A DNA stretch of 20,000 nucleotides, from assembly GCA_001724265.1 (NCBI GenBank), contig MEDY01000117.1, positions 52,192 to 72,191 on the forward strand, given 5' to 3'. Numbering within the stretch: the first letter of the stretch is position 1; every line of letters starts with the position of its first letter. Shown piece after piece: positions 1 through 13,100 of the stretch. The notes under the pieces are model-generated. The model ran no database searches and was not told the origin of the DNA. It was given only the letters and a program-made list of their open reading frames with translations. This DNA is from Rhizaria sp. SCN 62-66 (Eukaryota). The position numbers were made by a program, and so were the translations under genes.

Positions 1-187
1 ATGCTGGTCTATCTTACTTTTATGACTAGACAGGATTCTTCTGATAGACGGTCAGCACGCAGCGTGACCACAAGAAGGGTAACTATCATTTGGCATATCT
101 TTATGCAACATCCGTTACTCGTGACACGGAACGAGCTCACAAAGGAAACCATTGCTTTTGTTACTTTCCGATAATTATAGTTTTCCA

Positions 188-864
188 ATGTCTTCTGGGG
201 CTGAGAACATCGATGTTCAAGAGAGCACCACAAGTGACTTGACAATCGACGACTCCGTTAAGGTACGTTCTCCCTTCATGCACTACACTAACCCCCGCTG
301 ATCACAAGGCTGCCTCTCACCGGTACACACATTTATGTAATACTGTAATCACTTGCCCTTGCGCAGCGCACGGTTCAAAAAATCCCTCTGTGTAGCATCC
401 GCGCGGGCCCGCTGGACGACGCGACCGAGTGGACAGCCCGCTTGCGGCAGGAGCTCATCGCTCTCATCGCGTACGTGCAGATGAACAAGGCCAACGACAA
501 CGACTGGTTCTTTATTGAGTCTAACCCTGACGGCACGAAGTGGTCCGGCAAGTGCTGGTTCGTGCACAAACACGTCAAGTACACGTTCAAGATGCAGTTC
601 GAGATTCCCGTGACGTACCCGGCGTCGCCGTTCGAGGTCGTGCTGCCCGAGCTGGAGGGCAAGACCGTCAAGATGTACCGCGGGGGAAAGATCTGCCTCT
701 CGCTGCACTTCAAGCCGCTGTGGGCGCGTAACGTGCCGCGCTTCGGCATCGCGCACACGCTCGCCATGGGGCTGGGGCCCTGGCTGGCCGCGGAGGTGCC
801 TTTCATGGTCGACAAGGGACTCATCACCGAGGAGGTCTTCGGTAGCGGCGGCAAGGGACAATAG
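188..864 (+). CDS. UFC1: Ufm1-conjugating enzyme 1 (E2-like); join(188..262,367..864), 190 aa if TAG is stop; extends to TGA at 883..885 (197 aa) if TAG is sense
   Basis: Exon 2 reads [64 protein letters not shown]...[52 protein letters not shown]. This matches UFC1 signatures ([14 protein letters not shown] with the catalytic Cys, [17 protein letters not shown]). Exon 2 has no upstream ATG in frame (TAA at 346..348). ATG 188 opens [25 protein letters not shown], which joins exon 2 in frame across the intron. Confidence 0.95.
263..366 (+). other. Spliceosomal GT-AG intron of UFC1 (104 nt, phase 0)
   Basis: AAG|GTACGT donor at 262/263. Pyrimidine-rich acttgcccttgcgCAG| acceptor ends at 366. 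Removal restores the frame (...DDSVK|RTVQKIP..., compare human UFC1 ...DEATRRVVSEIP). The interior has stops in both exon frames. Confidence 0.85.
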
Positions 865-998
865 CAACAGAACGACGCGGTTTGAGGTCACTTGGACTAT
901 TTGCCTTCGCAACTGACCTGGCAAGCAATGGCTTGGTGTGTCATCATCAGGCCACTCGAGACTACATAGTATTATTTGAATCTCATGAATCGCGGTAA

Positions 999-1004
999 AA
1001 TAAA
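999..1004 (+). promoter_or_regulatory. Candidate polyadenylation signal AATAAA for UFC1
   Basis: AATAAA in the AT-rich spacer about 115-135 nt downstream of the UFC1 stop. Confidence 0.35.
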
Positions 1005-1173
1005 AACAAATCATTGTATTGTACAAATTACACATAATTAAAGAGTTACATTTTTTAAATTCGGTTCAAAAACGACCCCTCACATTAGCAAGTTCTGACG
1101 CGATAGGCAGCAGTTGCCTCCGCGCATGCGCAAGATGAGTGAGTGACTGATGGAGTGAGTTTGCAGTCGCGAA

Positions 1174-4100
1174 TTAGAAGAGCGCGCGGCACATGGGGCA
1201 GGTGCTGTGCCCGGATGACTCGAACCACGTGAGCAGGCAGTTTGCGTGGAACGCGGCGGCACATGTGTGGCACGAGAGCGACGGTAGCGCCACCACGCGC
1301 GCCGCGGCGCCCGATGACGAGCCCGACACGTGGACGGTGCTGAAGCAGATGGGGCAGGCCTCGATGCCCTCGAGGCGATGGCGGACCACGCCGGCCCACA
1401 CCTGCAGCGCGCGCAGCAGCGGTGCGCCCTCGCCCGGGGCCGTGGCGCCGCGCATGAGCGTCTTGACCACGGCCAGTCGCGCGCGCAGCACGAACGACGC
1501 GCCCAGCGCGGCCGAGACCTCGCTGCCGCTGCTGCTGCCACGGTCGTCGCCGCCCGCATCGGAGCTCACGGCAGAGGCGGAGGCGTCGGCGGCGCCTACG
1601 GCCGCGGCGAGCATAGCGCGCCCGACGGCGTGCGTCATCGACACGGCCACGCCCGCGGCCGCGGCGAGCCCGCTGGCCTGAAACGGGAAGCCTGGCGTGG
1701 GGCGCAGCGTCAGACACAGCACCACGTCGCCGTCGTTGCCCGCCGCGCCCGCCGCGCTGCCGGTGAACTTGGTCAGCAGCGCCTCTGCCTCGGCCGACAG
1801 GCCCGTCCCGCCCTCGTCCGCCGCGGCGGCGGCGGCCGCGGCGGCGGCGGCCGCGGAGACGTGAGTCGGCGCGCGCAGCGCCATGGGCTTGGGGGTGAGC
1901 CCGAAAGCCTTGGCGGCCTTGCGGACCGCGGAGGCCGCGCCGCCGGTGGCGTAGACGGCGCGCAACATGGGCGCCGAGGGGATCGACGTCGGCGCGCCGG
2001 AGATGCTGTAGCTCGCGAAACCACTGTTGCTGCTACCGCTGCGATGAGACGGCGTGGCAGAGGACCACCAGGTCGCGGCGGGGCCAGAGCTGGCGGCAGC
2101 GGCGGCGGCGGCGGCAGCAAGCGCGGCGTTGGCTGCGGACACAGGCGGCAGCAACGGCGTTAGGCACTTGTACGACGCGTTGTTGTCGCCCGCGGCCGTC
2201 GCCGCGAGGAGCGCCGCGGCGACCTTGGCGCGCTCCACGACGGCGACGGTGGCGATGGCGGCGTCGTACAGTCCGTCCTGGCAGAAGACAGCGAACGCGG
2301 CGTCGGCGTCGGCCACGGCGGCCGCGGCGGCGGCGCGCGCAGCGATGCCCGCCGCCGCGCCCGCGCCCCCAAGGCGCCGCAGCGTCGGCTCCAGCAGCGT
2401 GGCGGCCGCGGCGTCGGGGGCAGCCCCGTGCAGCCCGAGCCGCGCCGTCGCGGCCGCGGCCTGCGCCTTGGCCGTCAGCACCAGGGGGGCAAACGCGCGC
2501 GCCATCAGCAGCGACGGCGAAGCCACCGCCACGTCGGCGTCGCTCGCACCCGCGCCCCCAGAGGCGCCAGCGCCGGCGTTGGACCTGCTGGCCAGCAGAC
2601 GCGGGTTCGCCGCGGCCAGCAAACGCAAATGTGCGACGGCGAAGGCCGAGGTCGCGTTGGCGGTGGCGCGTGCGGCGGCAGGATCGCTGAGCGCGAGCGC
2701 GAGCAGCACGCGCCACGCGACAGGACCGAAAAACTGCGTCTGGAAGACAAGTTCGGCCTCCTGCGCGCGCAGCTTGGCCAGGCGCGCGGCCGCGGCCGGG
2801 GACGGGGCGCCGCACGCCAGCGCGGTCGCGGCGGCGGCGGCCGCGGCGGCGGCCGCGGCGGGGCGGAGGCGGGCGCCGCGCGATGCAGAAGAGCCGGAGC
2901 CGGAGCCGGCGCTGCTGGCGTTGGCCGCGGCCGCGGAGGCGCGGGGCGGCAGCGCACCGTCCGCGAGCGCAACGACAGCGGGGGCCGCAGTCTCGGTCGA
3001 GTCATCGGTGTTTTTGACGCCGGTGGGCTCGGCGACGGCGACGGCCAGCGGCGCCCTTGCAAGGCCTGCAGCCTCCGGGGCGGCGGTACACGCCGTGTGT
3101 GAGTTGTAGAGGAGCGCGGTCATTGACGTGACGTCAAGCCTAATGCTGTCGTCGTCGCCCTCGCTGTCGTCGTCATCATCCGAGGACGACGGCGATGACG
3201 CAACGTTGGCGACGACCACGCCGCCCCGGCCGCCCTTGCGCTTGCTGGCGGTCTTGGCACGCGCCCTGCGCGCCTTGGCGGCTGCAGACCGGGAGCCCCG
3301 CGCCGCCATGGTCTCGGTCGCGGCGGTGATGGCGCCCGAGAGCGCGGTCCAGCGCGGGCCCAGCCCGGTGCCCACGGCGACGGAGCGCAGAAGCCGCGCC
3401 GCGACGGAGCCCGACGCGAGCAGCAGCGGCCAGTGCCAGCGCCACGCGCCCGCCTCCCACCCGGCTACGGAGGACTCGGTTGAGACGGACTGTGTGGCGG
3501 CGCGGTGCGCGGCGAGCGACTCGCGGTAGCTGATGGCGAAGTACCCCATCGAGGCGTCGGTGGGCGCGACGGCCCCCGCGTGCAGCGAGAGAAGCGTGAC
3601 GGCAGTGCGCGCGACGCCCACCGCGCCCGCCGTGTTGGCCGCGACGGCGGCGGCCACGGCGGCGGGCGAGGAGAGAGTGACGTCGCAGGGCGCGTTGGGC
3701 GCGGCCTGGGCCAGCGCGGCCACACTCGCGGCATGGCTGTGCTGACTCGCCACCTCATGGCTGCCGTGGGGGAGCTGCGGCGCGGCAGCGACAGTGAGCG
3801 CGGTAGGGACGGTACCGAGGAGCGAGTCAAGCAGCACGGCGCCCCACGGCGCGTCCTCGTCGTGGTCAATGCCGCTGTCATAGGAGTAGTCGTCAGTGTC
3901 ACGGCCATCGTTGTTGTTGAGACCGCTGCAGAGCGCTGCGACTGCGTCGTCATCACCAGCGTCGCAGTCGCCGTCCTTGCACTCGACGCTGTCGGTGGTG
4001 ATCGCGCCAGCAGTGTCAGCGGCGCAAGAGTAGTCGGGCAGCGCGTGCGCCGTCTTGCCCAGCGCGACGTCAATGCCGAGCATCATCACTACGCTCGCCG

Positions 4101-7100
4101 GCGCCGCGGCCTCGACCGCAGCCGCCGCGGCCGCCGCGACGCACCCGGCGTGGCCGCAGCGGCCGCAGCCCGCGCCCGCGCCCGCGCCGCCGGCGAGCCC
4201 TGAGCTCACGGCCGCGGCGACCGCGGAGGCGGCGGAGCGGACCGAGGCCGCCGCGGAGCCCAGGGCGGCGCGCGCAGAGCTCCACAGACCGGACTCAACC
4301 TTCTCAGCATCAGCGCCAGCATCCGCCTCAGCGTCGGCGTCGTCAGAGTCCGACCCGTCGACGACCTCAGCGGTCGCGGTCGCGGCAGCGGCCTCGGCGG
4401 CAGCGGCCTCGGCGGCAGTGGCCTCGGCGGCGAGCCCGGCCTCCGCAGCGGCCGCCACTACGACAGACTGCGCGGCGGCGACGAGCGCGGCGTGCGGGAA
4501 CGCGCACGCCAGCGCGCGGCGCGAGTAGCTCACGGTCACGTGTTCCGTGGCTTCCGCAAGGAGCCGGTGCAGCGGCGCGTCCGTCGGCAGGCGCAGCGGC
4601 AGCGCGGGCGCCAGCAGCCAGCGGCGCGCATCGCTCGCGGCCGCTGCTGTGGCCGTCGCGGCATCACCGGCGCTGAAAGCGCTCGTGGCGCTGGTCGCGG
4701 AGGCGAGCTCGATGACGGCGGCGCAGGCGAGGAGGTACGCGCGCGCTAGGCACCACGGCGGCAGCACCGCGGCCGGATAATACGGCGCGTCGGCCTCGTT
4801 GCCAGCGGTGCTGACGCTGGCGCTGGCGCCCGCGCTCGTGGCAGACGCCGCAGCAGAGGGAGTGGCAGCCTCGGGCGCGCTCAGAGGGGCGGCGTTCGCG
4901 GCGGCGTCGGCGGGCGAGAGCAGCGACGCGTACATAGGGTTGCTGATGAGGTCGTCGTCACCGCCATTGCCGTCAGCAGCGCTAGCAGCAGCGGTGGCAG
5001 CGGAGTTGGAGTCGCTCGCGAGCGTGAGCCCAGGCAGGGCCAGGCCCTCGCCACTGCCGTCCGCGTCGCCAGTCTTGCCAGCGGCGTCCTGACTGGCCTC
5101 CGCGGTGCCGACAGCCACGCCGGCCGCGACGCCCCAATAGTAGCTGGCGGCGACGCCGCCGCCGTAAGCGTTGCCGTCGCCGGCGCCGACCCCGGCCTCG
5201 GCCGCGGCGTCGGCCTCGGCCTGCGCGGCGGCGGCCGCGGCCGCGGACAGCGCCCCGCCGCGGCCGCCGCGCGCGGTGAGCGCAGCGCTAGCGGCCGCAG
5301 CGACCGCGGCGGAGGACGAGGTCGCGGTGCGCAGCTTGGCGGTCTCGCCGAGCGGGCCCGGGGCCGGGCGGTACAGAGCCAGACGGCGCAGCGCGTGCGG
5401 CAAGTACCGACCGGCGCGCTTGCTGGGGGCTGCACTCGCGCTCGCAGCGGAGGAGACTGCGGCGGCAGCAACGGTAGGCAGCACAAGGCGCAGTAGCGGC
5501 CACGCGACGCCCGCGGCCAGCGCGGCGGCGGGGTGAGCCAGCAGCGCGATGAGCGTGTCGACGGGGGTCGCAGTGGAGGCGGCGCTGCTGTTGCTGTTGC
5601 TGGGCGCTACAGCGGCCAGCACGGCGGCCGGCAGCGCAGTCGCGGTCTCACCAGTCGCGCTGCTGCTACTGCTGGACGTGAAGTGCGAGAGAAGAGTGCC
5701 GACCGCGACCGCGGCGCTCGTCAGCGGCGCGGCCACAGAGTTTCCTCCAGAGGCAGTGACCGTGAGCCCGGTGACCGTGAGCGCGGTGACCGTGAGCGCG
5801 GCCGTAGCCTGGCTGAACGGACTGGGGATGGCGACAGGGCATTGCCACAGCAGCAGCGCGGCTGCGTCGCCCTCGCTCTCCGACACGGCCGCACTCACCG
5901 CGTTCGCTGCGTCGCTGGACGCAGAGGAGCCAATGACGGCGGCGGCGGCGGCGGCGGTAGGCGTGTGGGAGGGCGAGGCGGCGGGGGACGTGGCATAGAG
6001 CGAGCGCAGCACACGGTGCAACGGGGCATGCGCGCAGGCGCCGACCGTGGAGAGCAGCGGCGCGCGCGACAAGGCCGCTGCGGAGCCACTCTGGACCAGC
6101 GCCTTCGCCACGCTCTGCCCAGTCGCGCCCTCACCGGACGCGGACGCGAGAGACTGGATGGAGGCGGGCAGCGTGGTGAAGGCGGCGAGCGCGAGCAGCA
6201 GCGCGCGGGCCGCGGCGTCGTTGCGCGCGCGCGTGCACAGCGCAGCCGCGGCGGGCGCGGCGGCGAGCGCAGCGGCCACAGCAGCGGTGCCCGTGGGCAG
6301 CAGACTCGCGCCGAACGCGGAGCCCGCAGCGACGGCCAGGGCGCTGGGCGCGGTGTAGCTGTGAGCAGCGAAGCCGGTGAAGGACGACCCGGCGGCGGAG
6401 ACGGAGAGCAGCGAGCCCGCAGGCACCAGGATGCCCTCGCCTGCAGCAGCATCGATCGCGTCAGCGTCGTTGTTGGCAGCGACAGAGACGGATGAGGCAG
6501 TACGGTGCAGCTCGGCGGCGCTAGTGAAGATGACAGTCACGACGGCGGCAAGCGCGGCGGCGACTGACGCGGACGGCGCAGCCGTAGCGCGGGCGGCGGA
6601 GGCGGAGAGCGTCTGCAGCAAACGCAGTAACGCGTGTGCGACAGCGATGCGCGCGTCTAAGGGGTTCTTAGACAACGCGCTCGGCAGACACTTAGACTCG
6701 CCCGCGATGGCGGCGGCGACGCGTGCGAGTGCCGCAGCGGCAGCGCGGGAAGGAAGCTTCGCCGCAGCCGCAGTCGCAGCGGCCACAGATACGATGGCAA
6801 CGTTAGTAGAAGCTGCAGCGGTCACGGCAGTAACGGTAGCGACCACGCTGTCCACGTCGATGTTGCCACTGTTTGCTGCCACGACGCCCGCCTTCACAGC
6901 GGCGACATAGGCCTCGCGCGCGCTGGCCGCGAGCTCGGCGCTCGACACGCGACTCGACTTCGATAGCGCCTCCGCAGCGGCTGACTGCGCAGCGTCGCGC
7001 GCGCGGGACATGGCGGCGACCGCGCAGTCCTCCGCAGCCGCCACGGCTGCCACAGCGCTGTTACTGTTGCCGCTGCTGTTCAGGAAGCGGCTCGCGACCG

Positions 7101-10100
7101 CGGCGGCGTTGGCGACTGCGGTGAGTGGCGCGACCCGGCGGCGGCCTCCGCAGGCGCGCGCGTTGGGCAGCAGCTCGCCCGCGTCGTCAAACTGGTCCGA
7201 ACCGTAGTATTCGTTGCCGCCATCGGGCAGCCACCATCCGTCGCCGTCGGCGGCCTCAGTCAAAGTCTCGGTGCTCGCGTCCGCGTCGGCGTCAGAATCA
7301 GCGCCTGCATTGGCGAGAGCAGCGGTGAGGCCCTTAGTGACAACGGCGCGGCCATCGACACGGCGGTACTTAGCGGGCAAGTACGTTTGCAAGTCCTCCA
7401 GCAGCAGCGTCTCTGCGGCAACAACCGCGGCCGGCGGCGCACTCGCAGTGTTGTTTGCACCAAAGCCAGAGCCAGAGCCAGAGCCAGAGCCGGAGACGGA
7501 GCCGGAGACGGGGGGACGCAGCGCGGCGGCGGCCGAGGCGGCGGCAAAGGGGCGCGCAGCGACGGCGAGGATGACGGCGACGGGCGCAAACGCGGCCCCA
7601 AGCGGGTTACTCTCACTGCAGACAGCGCTAGAGCTCGAGCTGCAACTGATTACGGCGGTGTTGTTTGCGAGAACACCGACGCCCTGGAGCAGCGCGAGCA
7701 GCGGGGCGAATGCGGGGAGACGCGCAGGGGGGATGACGCCGTTCGAAACAGACGCCACGGTGACGGACTTGAGTCCCTCACTCGCGCCCGCAGTTGCAGT
7801 GTCGCAGCGAGCGTAGCTATGGAAGAGGAGCGGGGTATCCGTAGTGACGGCCGCGGTTTCATGATCCCGCACCGCGTTGTTGAACGCCGTCGCGCCCGCC
7901 ATCGCCCACAGCGCGTTCGCGGCCAGCGCGACCGTGGCCGCAGCGGAGCAGGGCATCCAGCCCGCCGCACCGGCGGCGCCCGTGGCCGCCGCGGCCGCCG
8001 TGGCAAAGGCCGCGAGCGAGGGCGCCGACGCGGCCGCGGTAAGCGGAGGCAGCGGCAGCGGGTGAGCTGGCGCCCCGGCCGCGGCGCGCTCGGAGGCCGC
8101 CGCGGTGGGCAGCGCGGCGCCGGCCAGCGCAGCGGCGGCGAGGCCCGAGTTTAGGGGGTTCGCGGGGGACAGCAGCGACAGCGCGGCGGCGAGCACGGGC
8201 GCGGGCGCCGCGGCCGAGGCGGCGGCGGCCGCGGTGGACGCGGCGGCAGCGGCGGCGGCCACGGCGGCGGGAGACGCGGCGTGCTCGCCGGCGGTCAGTA
8301 TGCGCGCCACGACGGAGCCCAGCGCTGCAGTCGCACCGCTGCTGCTGGTGCTGCTAACAATGGCTGCAGTGCTGCGAGAATCGACAACGGGCGAAAGTGC
8401 GGGCAGCAGCGGCACGGCCTGGCTGCCGCTGTCGGCGGTCACTGCGACAGTCGTGGCGGCCGTGAGGGCGGCGGCGGGCTCAGTGGCCGCGGTCGTGACG
8501 TTGATGACGGCCTCCATCGCGATCAGGTCAGCCAGCACCATCGCAGGCGCAACGGCGTAACTCACTGCACTGGCGCCGAAGCTAGAGTTGGCGTTGGAGG
8601 CAGCGGCAGCGGCCAGGACACGCGGGAGACCGAGGCCGAGCAGCACGGCGCGCCATACAGGGCCGTGGAGCGCGCGGAGGCGTGCGGCGCACTCGAGCGC
8701 GCACGCGGGCGACACGGGTACAACAGCCCCGTCGGCAGGCACGGTCGAGAGTGGCGACGCCAGGGAGGACGACGCCGCCGCAGTTCCATCGATGTTGGTG
8801 TTGCTCGAGAGTGCGGTGAGCAGAGCGCGGGGAATCGCGCCCTGCGCGCCGGCCAGCAAAGCCAGCACGTACGCGCGCGGCGGCAGCAGTGCGGCCAGCA
8901 CAGTCGCCCACGCCGGGGCAGCCTCGCCGCCACACACGGCCGTATCGCGCACCTTGGTGTCGGCGCCGGTGTGCGTGAATGACTCGCAGTGCGCGCGCTC
9001 GCCGTCGCCGGCCAGGCCGACCCCCGCCTCGCCACTATGGCCCGCCGAAGCGGCGGCAGCGGCGGCAAGGAGCGCGGCGGCGCGTGCGACCCAGGCCTCG
9101 CCCCACATCTTTTGCGGCAGCAGCGCGGGCGCGGCGGCACCGAGTCCGGCCTCAGCCTCCACGTCGCCGCCCTCGGTCCCCACAGCGCTGGAGCCAGAAC
9201 TAGCGGAGGCGAGGGTGGCGAGGGTGGTAAGCAGCACGCGGTCGCGGCGCGGCATGTCGCGGAGGTGTGGCACCAGGGCCCACACCGCTGCAGATGCGCT
9301 CACGGTCGAGGACGCGAAGGCGCCGGAGCCCGCGCCCACGGTCACTGCACTCGCGCTCGCGCTCGTCGTGGCAGCGGCGGCGATGGGGAGCAGAGGCAGC
9401 GCGGGGTGGCAATGCAGCTCGGCGCGGGTGAGGTGCGCCGCAAGCGGGCGCGCGGCAGCAGCGAGCGCGGCGGCCGGCAGCGCGCCAGTGGGGGCAGCGG
9501 CGGCCGCGGCGGCGACGGCGGCGGCGGCCGCGGCGCGCAGGGCGGGGTCGGGAGCCGTCCACTGCGTCGTGATGAGGGACGCGAGCAGCGCATTGGCCGC
9601 GGTCACGGCAGCAATGTTGTCGCTGCTCTTGTGCGCGCCATTGAGGGCCGCGGCGGCGATGATGGGCGTGAGCGCGGTGATGATGGCGGGCAGCGCGGCA
9701 GGGTGCACGCCCGTCACGGCGGCGGCGCGCGCGGCGGCGGACCTGCCGAACGACGTCGTCGACACGTTGTAATAGTAGCCATCGTCGTCGTCGTCGTCAT
9801 CCTCGCTGTCGTCGCCGTCCTCGTCTTCGTCCTCGTCCTCGTCCTCGTTGCCGTCGACGTCGCGGCTACGAGAGCGCGTGAGAGCAAAGCCGCCGCCCGC
9901 AACGCGCTGCAGCCGCGCGGCGACGCGGGCGGACGCGGCGGGAAACAGCCCGTGGCAGCGCAGGGCGCCGGTTAGCGCCTCGGCAGCGGCAGCGACGGCC
10001 TGGTTCGCGGCGGCGGCGCCCGCAATGGGCTCACTGCTAGACGCCGCAGAGGCAGAGGCAGCGGCAGCGGCGGAGCCGGGAGTCAGCAGCAGACGCAGCG

Positions 10101-13100
10101 TGGCCGTGAACAGGCCGCCGGACGCTGCATTCGCAGTGGATCTAGAGCTAGAGCTGGAGCTTGGGGCGAGCGTGGTCGCGGAGGTGGCAGCGGCAGAGGC
10201 GGCGGCGGGGGTGGCACGCAACAGCGTGGACATGAGAGACAGCGTCAGCTCAGCGGTCTGCGGACCGCGTGCCAGTGCTGCAAACGGAGACATCGCGTTG
10301 CTAGCGCAAGCGCCCTCGGTGGTGATGTAAGTACCTTGGGCGCGTGTGTAAGTGCGCTTGCAGATGAACCCGGCAAGCGCCGCGTGAGCCAGCAGCAGCC
10401 AGCGCGCGGCGCGGGCGCGGGGGCGCGCGGCCACGCCTGCGCGCGCCCGCGGCAGCAGCACGTAGCCCGTGGGCAGCGCCGCAGAGGACGCCGCGGCCTC
10501 ACTTTGCTGGATGGCCTGACTTTCGGGGCGGTAGAGGCGCGGCAGCATGAGCAGGCCGGACGGGTCCTGGCTCTCGGCCAGGGTCTCCGCGGCCGCCAGC
10601 GCGGCCACGAGCGCGGCGCTCTCGCCGTCGCCGGCGCTGGCGCTGGCGTCGTCGTCGTAGCAGTCGGCGGCGGCGGAGGCGTCGGGGTCCGTGTCCGGCA
10701 GAGTGGAGATGAGCAGGTCGACGACCTCGGTCGCGGCGGACTCGGCAGTGAGGCCACCGGCCGCAACGCCGGTCGCCGTCGCAGCAGAAGCACCAGTTGA
10801 GCCACTGCTATTGCTGTTGCTGTCGAGCGCAGAGACGGAGGCGGCGACCGTGGCCATGACTGAGTAGAGCCCGGCGCACGCCCACAAGCACACGGTGTCG
10901 CTGCCGGCGTCGCTCGCGTCCAGACGCTCGGCGAGGAAGTTAAGCCGCTCGTCCACGAAGTTAGGCCGTGTCGCATCATCAGCAGCAGCCGCGGCGGGAT
11001 CGGCATGGAAGCAGACGCGCGGGCGGGCAACGAGGGGCGCAAACGACGCTGCAGCTGCCGGCAACAGCTCGATCGTGCAACCCGAATTCGCGGTCGGATT
11101 GGGGCCGTTGTAGAGCGTGGGAGGGATCACGGTGCATGCGCGCGTGGCAGCGGACGCGGCGGCGGCGGCGCGGGCCGCACGCAGCGCCGCCGCCGCAGGG
11201 CCACGGGCGCCAGCATCCACGGCGCCAGAGCCGCGTCCGCTGCCCGCGCCGTTGTTCTGGCAGAGGGCGGCAGGCAGCGCGGCGGCGGCGGCTGCGGGCG
11301 ACGGGGCGTAGGCGCGGACTGCGGCAACGAGCGCAGGGAAAGCCGGGTCGAGCAGGGGCAGCGCGGCGAGGCTGTTGCGGGTCGCCACGGGCACCAGCGG
11401 CTCGCGGTCACCGCCAGCGGCGGCGAAGCTGCCCTCGGGATGCGAGTTGCTGTAGGACGTCATGTCGACGGGGTCGAGCAGCGAGAGCAGGAGCACGTGC
11501 AGGTCCGCGAAGGTCTTGTTCGCGGTCGCCGCCGGGTAAAACGACAGACGCAGCGGCTGAGAAGACGGCGCGAAAGCGGTGTGTGCATTCAGAGTGACCG
11601 TGAGCAGGCCGAGCAGGTGCATGTTGTTGACGCAGTCGGCGGCAAAGGACGCCAGCGAGGCGGCCGCAACGGGGGCCAGGATGTGGGTGCGCACGGTCTC
11701 GGCCACCAACGCGCTCACCGCCGAAATCGTAGTCGCACTCATAGCCTCGGTCGCAGAAGCAGAGGCAGAGGCAGAGGGAGTGGCAGTGGGGTTGGGCACA
11801 GTGAGGGCGACGATAAGGGCAGCGGCAGAGGCGGAGTCCTCAGCAGCAGTCATCTTCGCGTTGCAGTTGCTGTTCTGAGCATTGGTGATCGTGAGCAGCT
11901 GCGCCCACCAGTCGCCGGGCAGCGTCGGCATCGTCGAGTCGGCCTCAAGCTCACAGCTCTCCCAGTCAAAGCCACCGTCGCAGACTGCAGAGGCGGCTGC
12001 CGCAGCTGCACCCGGGCGCTCAAACGAGAGCGCGCCGGTGACGGGGTCGACGCTCCATAGTAGCGAGGCGGGGGCTGCGCGCGCCAGTGAGAGCAGCGTG
12101 CGCGCAGTCAGCGTCGAGAACCACTCACCGACGGAAGGCTCCGAGAAAAACGTCTCTGTGATAGACAGCAGCGCGCTCGCAGCCGCAGTGGCGAGCGAGT
12201 CGGTCTGCACAGCGCCAGTGCCAGGGCTGCTGGTGAAAGCAGCGGGGCCCAGGGTGGTCGCCAGAGTGTAGATCGCAGGCAGCACGAGGTCCGCGGCGAG
12301 TGAAAGCGAGACGGCACGGGCCTTGGCGTTCGCCGACGTAGTCGCAATTGCACCGCTAGAGCTGGAGCAGTCACCAGAAGCGTTTGTGGTCGTGGCGCGC
12401 CACAGAGCGGCCACGGTCTCGGCGGAAAGCGCGAACAGAGCGCGCGCGGCGGCGGACACCGAGGGCGCGAGCGGCGTCGCAGCCACAGTATTCGCCGCAG
12501 CAGAGGACGAGGACGCAAAAGCAGAGGCCGAGGCAGAAGTCGGGGCCGGGGGGTCGCAGCGGGAGAAAAGCTCCGTCGGAGTAACCAACCACGCAGCAGT
12601 CACGTTAATAGCCGTGGCGGCGAGGGCAGACTCTGAGGCCACACTAGGCGCAGCCGTGCCTAGAGCGGCCGCAGCCACCTCGCCGTCGTCGGCGTCGGTG
12701 CCAGGCACGGCGTACCCCAGCGCCGCGGCGACCGTCGGTGACGCCGAGAGCGCGGCCAGCGCGGGGGGCTGCGCCATCGCGCCCGCAGCCACGGCGGCCG
12801 CCGCGGCGTTGCTGTGTTGAGCAGCCGCCGTGGCCGCAGTGTGGCTTGAGTGCGAATGCGGGTGCGCGTGCAAGTGTGTTTGTGAGGCCGGGAGGATGGT
12901 GGTTGCGATCCCGGTCCACAGGGAGCGCAGCACGGTGATCACCGACTCGGGGGCGTCGGTCGGCCACTGGACGCGCCACCCGCTCTTCTCCTCCACCACA
13001 CTCCCACTCGCACTCCCAGCGGTGGCAGCAGCCTCACTGGGGCCGTTCTCGGTACTTCTGTCGCTTTGAGTAACCGTGAGCGCGGTGACCGTGCGCAGCA

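Noticed and set aside
442-864. ORF-track start of UFC1 at TTG 442
   Set aside because: Homology extends upstream to 367, and a GT-AG intron links it to ATG 188.
349-1035. 228-aa and 159-aa minus-strand ORFs over UFC1
   Set aside because: Antisense shadows of the clearly conserved UFC1 exon 2.
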